A stretch of DNA of 64,000 bases from Candidatus Aminicenantes bacterium (lineage in GTDB: Bacteria; Acidobacteriota; Aminicenantia; Aminicenantales; JAFGBC01): assembly GCA_963702005.1 (NCBI GenBank), contig OY969696.1:2112001-2176000 (forward strand), in the 5' to 3' direction. This document shows positions 47,734 to 55,363 of this stretch, piece after piece (position 1 is the first letter of the stretch; every line of letters begins with the position of its first letter). Made by a program: the position numbers and the translations under genes. Below the pieces are notes generated by a model, which was given only the letters and a program-made list of their open reading frames with translations, had not been told where the DNA came from and did no database searches.

Positions 47734-49149
47734 ATGTCCGGAACCGCAATCGATAATCTGTTGAAGAATATGTCCGGTGTCGTCGCCAAAACGAAGAGCG
47801 GACTCAAGGTCGAGGATGAGACCGGCCTGCGCGGCCGGATGGACGTGCTTATTTTCGATGCCGTATTCGGCGACGATGAGACCAGGGCGGCCGCCCGCTG
47901 GATCGTGTGGGAGGCGGCCCAGGCCCTCGGCATCCGGCCGGCCTCGATCCAGGACCTCTACCTGGCCCGTGGCCGGGGGGCGGTCGACCGGGTCTTCACC
48001 GTTCCGGCCATAAACCTCCGGATGCTGGCCTACGATTCGGCCCGGGCCGTGTTCCGGGCCGCCCGCGCGCTCGAGGCCGGGGCCCTCATTTTCGAGATCG
48101 CCCGGAGCGAGATCGGCTACACCGACCAGCGGCCGGCCGAATACGCGACGGCCCTCCTGGCCGCGGCTGTCAAGGAGGGAGTCCGAGGCCCCGTCTTCAT
48201 CCAGGGCGACCACTTCCAGACGTCGGCCAAGAAGTACGCAGCCGCGGCCGAGAACGAGCTCAAGGCCATCCGCGACCTTATCCTCGAGGCCCTGGCGGCC
48301 GGGTTCTACAACATCGACATCGACACCTCGACCTTGGTCGACCTCTCCAAACCGACGCTGGCCGAACAGCAGGCGCTCAACTACGGCCTTTGCGCCGAGT
48401 TCACCCGCTTCATCCGGGAGCACGAGCCGAAGGGGATCACAGTTTCGGTCGGCGGCGAGATCGGCGAGGTCGGCCAAAAGAACTCGACGCCCGAGGACCT
48501 CGACGCCTTCATGGCCGGCTACCGGAAGAGCGTCGGCGGCCTCGCCGGCATCAGCAAGATCAGCGTCCAGACCGGGACGAGCCACGGCGGGGTCGTCCTC
48601 CCCGATGGCACGTTGGCCAAGGTCGCCATCGACTTCGAGGTCCTGCGCGTTCTGAGCGAGAACGCGCGCAAGAAATATGGGATGGGGGGAGCCGTCCAGC
48701 ACGGAGCGAGCACGCTCCCCGACTCGGCCTTCCACAAGTTCGTCGAGGCGGGTGCCTGCGAAGTCCATCTGGCGACGGCGTTTCAGACTCTGATCATGGA
48801 CCACGAGGCGACGCCCGAGGCCCTGCGCGGGGAGATCCATGATTGGCTCCGGGCCCACGCCGCCGACGAGCGCAAGCCCTCAGACACCGAGGCCCAGTTC
48901 CTTTACAAAGCGCGCAAGAAGGCGATCGGCCCTTTCAAAAAACAGTTTTGGTCGCTGCCGGAAAGCGGCCGGGCGGCGATCGGGGCCGGCCTCGAGAAAC
49001 AGTTCCGGTTCCTGTTCGAGCAACTGGGGATCGCCGGGACGGCGGGCATCGTCGCCGAGTTCGTCCGGGCGCCCGAGGTCCATCAGGCGGTCCCGGCCGG
49101 CGGGGTCCAGAAGGTCAAAAAAGAATCCGTCCACGGCCTGGCCGACTGA
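47734..49149 (+). CDS. class II fructose-bisphosphate aldolase family protein
   Basis: QGDHFQ, GGEIGEVG, GTSHGG, QHGASTL. Confidence 0.88.
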   Translation: MSGTAIDNLLKNMSGVVAKTKSGLKVEDETGLRGRMDVLIFDAVFGDDETRAAARWIVWEAAQALGIRPASIQDLYLARGRGAVDRVFTVPAINLRMLAYDSARAVFRAARALEAGALIFEIARSEIGYTDQRPAEYATALLAAAVKEGVRGPVFIQGDHFQTSAKKYAAAAENELKAIRDLILEALAAGFYNIDIDTSTLVDLSKPTLAEQQALNYGLCAEFTRFIREHEPKGITVSVGGEIGEVGQKNSTPEDLDAFMAGYRKSVGGLAGISKISVQTGTSHGGVVLPDGTLAKVAIDFEVLRVLSENARKKYGMGGAVQHGASTLPDSAFHKFVEAGACEVHLATAFQTLIMDHEATPEALRGEIHDWLRAHAADERKPSDTEAQFLYKARKKAIGPFKKQFWSLPESGRAAIGAGLEKQFRFLFEQLGIAGTAGIVAEFVRAPEVHQAVPAGGVQKVKKESVHGLAD

Positions 49150-49200
49150 ACGGATTCCAATAAAGCCCGCCCGGGCGGGCCGCTAACTGAAGGAGGGAAC

Positions 49201-49512
49201 ATGAACCGGTCTTTTCGGATCGCATTGGCGGTGGTCGTCCTATGTCTGATGCTGGCGAGCCTGAGCTGCGCTCCCGGCCCGAACGATATGGAAAAGACGG
49301 CAGACCGCGAGGGCCGGACGGCGGGTTTCCTGAGGGGGATCTGGCACGGCTTGATCTCGCCGATCACCTTCGTCATCTCGCTCTTCAGCAGGAACGTCCG
49401 CTTCTACGAGGTCCACAACAATGGCTCCTGGTACAACTTCGGTTTCGTCCTGGGCGCGGGCCTTTTCCTGAGCGGAGGCATCCTGGGCCGGAAGCGAGGC
49501 TGGAAACGCTGA
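49201..49512 (+). CDS. small membrane lipoprotein, conserved hypothetical
   Basis: Lipobox SLSC; GIWHG...YEVHNNGSWYNFGF; strong RBS. Confidence 0.8.
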   Translation: MNRSFRIALAVVVLCLMLASLSCAPGPNDMEKTADREGRTAGFLRGIWHGLISPITFVISLFSRNVRFYEVHNNGSWYNFGFVLGAGLFLSGGILGRKRGWKR

Positions 49513-49525
49513 ACCGGATATTTTC

Positions 49526-50248
49526 TTAGAACCGCTTCGAGGTGTAGCGGTCCAGGGCTTTCTTGAGGTCGTCGACGGCGGACGGCGTCTTGAGGGCTTT
49601 ATCGAAAAAGATGTCCGGAGGCTGGAGGTTACGGCCGTAGAACGCCTGGTCGGCGTCCTCGTCGACCTTTAAGCTGGCCCCTTTGATGGAGATGCCCGCG
49701 AACAATCCCTTGCTCTTGGAGTAGGAATAGATCTCGGCCTTCATCTCCCAATCGGTGCTGGCCTCGGCCGAACGTCCGACCGGCCCGGCCGCGACGCCGA
49801 CGTCGGCCCCCAGCGTGAGGTCTCCCTTGACGACGTTGTCGATGCCCCGCCGTGTCTTGAAGACGAGGATGACGTCGGCCTTCTGGACGCCGATCTGCCA
49901 GCCGATGCTCCCGCCGATCAGGGAGATGAAGACGGGGTTCGACCATTCGCCCCGATCGTTCTTGACGACGATCAGGCCCCGGCCGTACTGGCCTCCGAAT
50001 CCGTAGGCGGCTTTGATGACGCCGGGGATGATGGCCAAACCATAACATTTGTCGAGAAGCGCCGAGGGAAGCCCCTCCTCAGGGATGTCGACGAGCTCCC
50101 CGAGGACCCGGATGGATTCGGCGATCCGCTCGCCCCCCGGGGAATCGGCGACTCCGGCCGGAGCCGGCCGGGCCGGGAGCGCGAGGCCGGTCGAGCCGAA
50201 CGCCGCTATCGCCAGAATAACAATCAAACGACGTGTCTGTTTGATCAT
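49526..50248 (-). CDS. SYLF/YSC84 lipid-binding domain protein
   Basis: GGSIGWQIG, AAGPVGR, YSYSKSKGLFAG. Confidence 0.92.
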   Translation of the reverse strand: MIKQTRRLIVILAIAAFGSTGLALPARPAPAGVADSPGGERIAESIRVLGELVDIPEEGLPSALLDKCYGLAIIPGVIKAAYGFGGQYGRGLIVVKNDRGEWSNPVFISLIGGSIGWQIGVQKADVILVFKTRRGIDNVVKGDLTLGADVGVAAGPVGRSAEASTDWEMKAEIYSYSKSKGLFAGISIKGASLKVDEDADQAFYGRNLQPPDIFFDKALKTPSAVDDLKKALDRYTSKRF

Positions 50249-50324
50249 GGTATTCTCCTCGCCTGAAACGTTCATCTTAACATATATACGGCTAAAAATA
50301 GCTGGAGTTTGAGAACGAGAGAGC

Positions 50325-50457
50325 TGACCCGTTCGCCGACGCCACCCCGCCCTAGAAGGCGGGGCTAAAAATCGGAGCCCCGCCTTTCAAGGCGGGGATG
50401 AGAGCGAGGCTCAGGGTTAATCATGAACAAGCCCCGGCCTTCAGGCCGGGGAGTCGA
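50325..50457. mobile_element. palindromic element family C (IS200/IS605-end-like, PATE/REP), copy 2
   Basis: Three hairpins CCCCGCC..GGCGGGG (x2) and AAGCCCCGGCCTTCAGGCCGGGGAG; homologous to 9968-10050; no ORF. Confidence 0.65.
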
Positions 50458-50517
50458 TGATTTGACTATAGGTCGCCTTGGCGCGGCTGGCCGCTTGGCC
50501 TCATGAGAAATATTAAG

Positions 50518-50544
50518 GGGCGGCCCTCACGGCGAGAGCCGCCC
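50518..50544 (-). terminator. hairpin downstream of thioredoxin-TPR gene
   Basis: GGGCGGC...GCCGCCC stem about 25 nt after stop; weak U-tract. Confidence 0.4.
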
Positions 50545-50568
50545 TGATCGATTCGAGTCAGACGGAAG

Positions 50569-52092
50569 CTACTTTTTCTCCGCGGCTTTTTTTTCCTCGT
50601 CCTGGGCTTTCTTGATCCGCTCCAGCCTCTGCTTGAAATAGTCAACCTGGTCGCCGGCGAGCTTGATCGCCTCCTGGGCGGCCTTTGTCGCCTCGTCGTA
50701 CTTCTTCATCTTGAGGTAGATGGTGGCGACGATATCCCAGACATAGGAGGAGGGCGTCAGCTCGAGGGCCCGGTTGGCCGCGGCCAGCGCGCTCTCGAGA
50801 TTCGCCCCCTGATTAGCCCAGAAGCGGGCGTAGGGCGCGAGGGAGTCGGACTTGTCCCAGTTTTTTTTGGCGTAGTCCGAACCGAGAACGGCCAGGGCCT
50901 GGTCCTTTTTATCAAGGTTCCAGTAAACGCCCGCGGCCTGCATCAAGAGATAGGCGCTGTCGGGATTCAACTTGAGGGCTAAATCGACCATCTTGAGGAC
51001 GCTTTCGGTGTTGGCCTTCTGCTTGGTCCAGAAGTTCGCATATTCGATGAGGTCGTAGCCGAGGCGGGTGACCTTATCGTTCATGACGGCCTTGCCGTAG
51101 ACGTCATCGGCCTTAGCCTGATCGCCCTTGAGAATGTAGAGCTCGGCCAGGTTCTGCTGGAAGGAGGAGATCGGGTTGTATTCGGTGAGCTTCTCGATCT
51201 TCTTGGCGAGTTCGATCCCATGATCGACGTCCGCTTTGTTCTTGATTAAGAATTCCACATAGGAATTGAGGGCGAAGGGTTTATCGGGGAACTTGGCGAC
51301 GTATTCCTCGAAGAAGGGCGCAGCCTTGTCCCTGGACTCGTCCCGATAATAATAGCTCAAATACTGGTAGGCATTTTCGAGGAGCTTGCTCTGGGGATAC
51401 TTGGCGATAAAGGCTTTCAGCGGGGCCGCGTCTCTATTCGGCCAATTGAAGACGGCCATCTGGCCGAGCGAGAACTCTGCGTATTCGGTGTAGCTGACCT
51501 TCTCCCCGTTCCAGGTTTCGGTCGTGCCGAGCTTCCCCTCGGGGTCGAGGGCGATGACTTCCTTGAAGAGAGCCTTGGCCTTGTCCTGGGCGGTATAGCG
51601 GTCGTCGTATTTCTTGGCGAGCTTGAAGATGACATCGATCGCCTTGGGCTCTTTGGCGTAGCGCTCGGCCAAGACCTTGTAGGTGTCGATCCCGTTGATC
51701 GTATTCTCGACCCTGGCGTGGAACTTTTCGGCGGGCGGCCCGTAGCCGACCTGCCAGTCGACTTCGCTCCCGTCGCCAGCCACGAAAAGCACCGTCGGAG
51801 TCGCGCTGACTTTATAGCGCTTGAAGATCGCCTCGCCTTTCCGGTCGGCGCGGTCGGCCAGGAACATGACGAAATGGGTTTTAAAGAATTCCTGAAACTT
51901 CGGATTTGCGAAATACTGCTGACCCAGCAGTACGCAGGAGCCTCAGCCACCGGAGAAGAAGTCGATGAGGACTAACTTCCCTTCGGACTTGGCCTTGGCC
52001 AGGGCTTCGTCCAATGAGCCCTGGAACCAGCTCTGTCCGAAGGCCGCGGTGGCGAGGAGACAGAACATCAGCATGGCAGCGAATTTTTTCAT
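50569..52092 (-). CDS. secreted thioredoxin-like (UxxC) + TPR protein, predicted selenoprotein (507 aa, Sec50)
   Basis: AAGGAGG RBS, ATG 52092, signal peptide, WFQGSLDEALAKAKSEGKLVLIDFFSGG[TGA 51945-51943]GSC in frame with ORF 50569-51867 (TPTVLF cis-Pro loop, TPRs). Confidence 0.88.
51907..51936 (-). promoter_or_regulatory. bacterial SECIS-like hairpin
   Basis: UGCG-UACUGCUG-GGU-CAGCAGUA-UUU-CGCA; G-first apical loop 18 nt after UGA. Confidence 0.75.
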
Positions 52093-52224
52093 GAACGTCT
52101 CGCCTCCTTGGGCATTCTTGAATACTCTATCCTATGTATAATCCTATACGCAAAACACCCTCTCTATCAATACGCAGGTCAAGACGCCTTGGTTGCCGCC
52201 GTTGGGCGTCCTTTCGCCGTTTCT

Positions 52225-53033
52225 CTATTCTTTCTTCAGACGGAGGCGGAATGTGGGGGCGGGCTTGTCCTCGAGGGCGTGGGCGGCCCAAAGCATCCCG
52301 CGCTGGACGATCGTCCGGGCCTGGGGGACATCGAAGTCCTTGGCGACGTGGCCGAGCGAGGTGTAGAAGACCCGTCCCTTTCCGTAGTACTTCTTCCAGA
52401 CAACGGGCATGACGACGCCCTCGACCCAGGGCGCGTACTTTCCGGAGAAGGTCGTCGCAGCCAGGACCTCGTTGCCGGGGTCGACCAGCATGTAGTACTG
52501 CTCGGAGTTCATCTTGAAGTCGGTCAGGCCGGCCGTGATCGGGTCGTCGTGGTTGACGATGTTGACCTCGTAATCGATGACTCCGCCCGGGTGGGCGGCC
52601 CAGGCGCCGCCGACCATGAATTCATACTCGGTATTGCTTCGGAACGCGTCGGCCATGCCGCCGTGCCAGCCGGCCATGCCGACTCCGCTCTTGATGGCTT
52701 CGAGCAGGCCCGACTGCTGCTGGGGGGTGATCGTCGACATGGTGAAGACCTGGACGATGAGGTCGAGGGATTTCATTTTCGCGGCGTCAAGGTAGGAATC
52801 CAGGGTCGTCGAGATCTCGACCTCGAAGCCCTGCTCGGCCAGCCAGGGCGCGAAGATGTCCACGCACTGCTTGGGTTCGTGGCCCTCCCAGCCGCCCCAG
52901 ACGAACAAAGCCTCTTCTTCTTTTCCTGGCTCGCTCCGGGAAGGGTCATCAGAAATGCGCCCAATAAAATGACGATCGGCCAAAAAGCAAGCTTGGACCG
53001 GGCGGCGGGATGTCGAGTTGTTTTGTCAGTCAT
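52225..53033 (-). pseudogene. ThuA-like domain protein with -1 frameshift after signal peptide (near 52912)
   Basis: Signal peptide frame ends ASQEKKK; [28 protein letters not shown] continue in another frame; one base missing in GAAAAGAAGAAGAGGCT. Confidence 0.8.
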
Positions 53034-53038
53034 GGCGG

Positions 53039-53794
53039 TCAGAGCTCTCGAATCCAGATATTGCGGTAGCGGACCGGGTTCCCATGGTCCTGGAGCGAGA
53101 GGGGGAGCTTGTCCGGATGGGCCTTGTAGGGCGGACGCGCCTTGTGGGCGGTCGGACCGGTCAGCACGTCGTTGTCATGGACGAGGATGCCGTTGTGGAA
53201 GACCGTCATCCGGGCCGGCTTGAGAAGAGACCCGTCCGGCGCGAATCGGGGCGCGTGGAAGATGATGTCGTAGCTCTGCCACTCGCCCGGAGGCCGGCAG
53301 ACATTGACGAGGGGGGGGAACTGGCCGTAGATGGCGGCGGCCTGTCCGTCGGCGTAGGTCCGGTTCTGATAGGAATCGAGGACCTGGACTTCGTAAGTGT
53401 CCATCAGGAAGACGCCGCTGTTGCCGCGGCCCTGGCCTTCGCCTGCAACGACCGCCGGCGACGCCCATTCGACGTGAAGCTGGCAGTCGCCGTACCCTTT
53501 TTTGGTCCGGATCGAGCCCGTCTCGGCGACGACTTCCATGAAACCGTCCGCGACCTTCCAGCCGGCCGGATTCCCTTTAGTATCCTCCCATTGGGCGAGG
53601 TCCTTGCCGCTGAAGAGGACGACGGCGTCCGAGGGGGCGGGGGAGGGCGGTCCGGACGAACCCGGATCGACGACCGCCGGGACGGGCCGGTTCATATCGT
53701 GGATAGCCCAATCCTGGCCGCCGGACGCGCCGGCCCACACCAAAGCGGCCGAAATTAATAGACCTGTCAGCGCTAGAATTCGGAGGCTCGTCAT
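53039..53794 (-). CDS. DUF1080 (3-keto-disaccharide hydrolase family) protein
   Basis: GNSGVF, YEVQVLD, GEWQSYDI, LQDHG; signal peptide. Confidence 0.93.
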   Translation of the reverse strand: MTSLRILALTGLLISAALVWAGASGGQDWAIHDMNRPVPAVVDPGSSGPPSPAPSDAVVLFSGKDLAQWEDTKGNPAGWKVADGFMEVVAETGSIRTKKGYGDCQLHVEWASPAVVAGEGQGRGNSGVFLMDTYEVQVLDSYQNRTYADGQAAAIYGQFPPLVNVCRPPGEWQSYDIIFHAPRFAPDGSLLKPARMTVFHNGILVHDNDVLTGPTAHKARPPYKAHPDKLPLSLQDHGNPVRYRNIWIREL

Positions 53795-53816
53795 GGCCGG
53801 ATTCCTCTCGGCCCGG

Positions 53817-55208
53817 TCAGAGGGACCAGCCGGAACGGTATTCCTTGTGGACGAACGGGTTGGCCTCCGGGAAGTTGGGGAACACCATTTTCTCAGAGTC
53901 CCATTCGAGGATGACCTTCGATTCCTTGAAGCGGAGCGCGATATTCCCCAGGAGCATCATCTCGGTCAGCGCGCCGGCGTAGCTGAAGTCCGTCGTCGAT
54001 TTCTTGCCCGCTTTGATGGCCGCGATCCATTCCTCGTGGATGCCGGGAGAGCGGGGGATGGTTTTGTCAGGCCGCTTGTAGTCCTTCATGAGCTGGTCGG
54101 GGAGAAGGCGGGGGCTCTCTCCGTAGGTCGAACAGACGAGCATGCCTTTGTCGCCGACGAACAAGCAGCCGCCGCCTTCGTCGCCCAACATCAGGCCGTT
54201 GGCGAGGGCGGCCGGCCGGGGCGGCGTCAGGCCGCCGTCGTACCAGGTGAGCTTGACCGGGGGGAATTTGTCCCGGGCCGGAAATTCGTAGCTGATGACC
54301 TCGGCCAGAGGGTAGGAGTCTTTGGTGAACGGCGTGCCGCTCGCCTGGATTCGTTTGGGAGCGCCCAGCTTGAGGGCCCAGAAGGGCTGGTCGATGAGGT
54401 GGGCGCCCATATCGCCCAGCGCGCCCGTCCCGAAGTCCCACCAGCCTCGCCAGGCGAAGGGGAGGTAAGCCGGGTGATAGGGCCGCCAGGGGGCCGGCCC
54501 GAGCCAGATGTTCCAGTCGATGGTCGGGGGGACGGAGGGAATCTCGGTGGGGGCGTTAATGCCTTGGGGCCAGATGGGGCGGTCCGTCCAAACATGGACC
54601 TCGCGGACCGGTCCGATGGCGCCGTTCCAGATCCATTCGCAGACGAGACGCGCGCCTTCCTTGGAATGGCCCTGATTGCCCATCTGGGTGACGAGGTTCC
54701 GCGCCTTGGCTTCCTGGGCGAGCAGGCGGGCCTCCTTGACGGTATGGGTCAAGGGCTTCTGGACGAACGCGTGCTTGCCCTGCTTCATGGCCGTCATGGC
54801 GGCCACGGCGTGGAAATGGTCGGGGGTGGAAACGGTGACGGCGTCGATATCCTTGACCTTGTCGAGCATCTCCCGAAAGTCGCGGAACTTGGCGGCCCGC
54901 TCGAACTTCGCTTTCTGCTCGGGGGTGGGCTCGTCCCATTTCAGGAATTTCTCCATCATGACGTCGTCGACATCGCAGAGCCCGACGATATTCTCGGTCG
55001 AGACGCTGACGATATCGGAGGCGCCCTTGCCCCAGACCCCGATGCAGCCGATGTTGAGGGTGTCGCTCGGCGCCTGGTAGCCGCGGCCTCCCAAGACGCG
55101 GCGGGGCACGATCATCAGCCCGGCGGCCGCGGCGGCCGTCCGGCCCATGAACTCGCGGCGGGTCAGGTTCGTAGGCTTGGCTGAAGCATTTTTGCGGGAG
55201 TTAGACAT
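53817..55208 (-). CDS. Tat-exported Gfo/Idh/MocA oxidoreductase
   Basis: TRREFMG; TPDHFH; QKPL; GDMGAHLID. Confidence 0.93.
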   Translation of the reverse strand: MSNSRKNASAKPTNLTRREFMGRTAAAAAGLMIVPRRVLGGRGYQAPSDTLNIGCIGVWGKGASDIVSVSTENIVGLCDVDDVMMEKFLKWDEPTPEQKAKFERAAKFRDFREMLDKVKDIDAVTVSTPDHFHAVAAMTAMKQGKHAFVQKPLTHTVKEARLLAQEAKARNLVTQMGNQGHSKEGARLVCEWIWNGAIGPVREVHVWTDRPIWPQGINAPTEIPSVPPTIDWNIWLGPAPWRPYHPAYLPFAWRGWWDFGTGALGDMGAHLIDQPFWALKLGAPKRIQASGTPFTKDSYPLAEVISYEFPARDKFPPVKLTWYDGGLTPPRPAALANGLMLGDEGGGCLFVGDKGMLVCSTYGESPRLLPDQLMKDYKRPDKTIPRSPGIHEEWIAAIKAGKKSTTDFSYAGALTEMMLLGNIALRFKESKVILEWDSEKMVFPNFPEANPFVHKEYRSGWSL

Positions 55209-55271
55209 GGAGTTCCCTCCTCAGGAATTAATGGTTTTGAAAAACATTCTCCTTACTATAGCCGCAGACCT

Positions 55272-55350
55272 TTCTTCGAGTCAAGCCGTGCAGGCTCAGC
55301 CGACGAGGCTTCTAGTACTCAGGGCTTCCCTGAGTATGAAGCTCGAAGAA
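55272..55350. repeat. nested intergenic palindrome
   Basis: TTCTTCGAG...CTCGAAGAA enclosing TACTCAGGG-CTT-CCCTGAGTA. Confidence 0.55.
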
Positions 55351-55363
55351 CGCGAACCGATCC

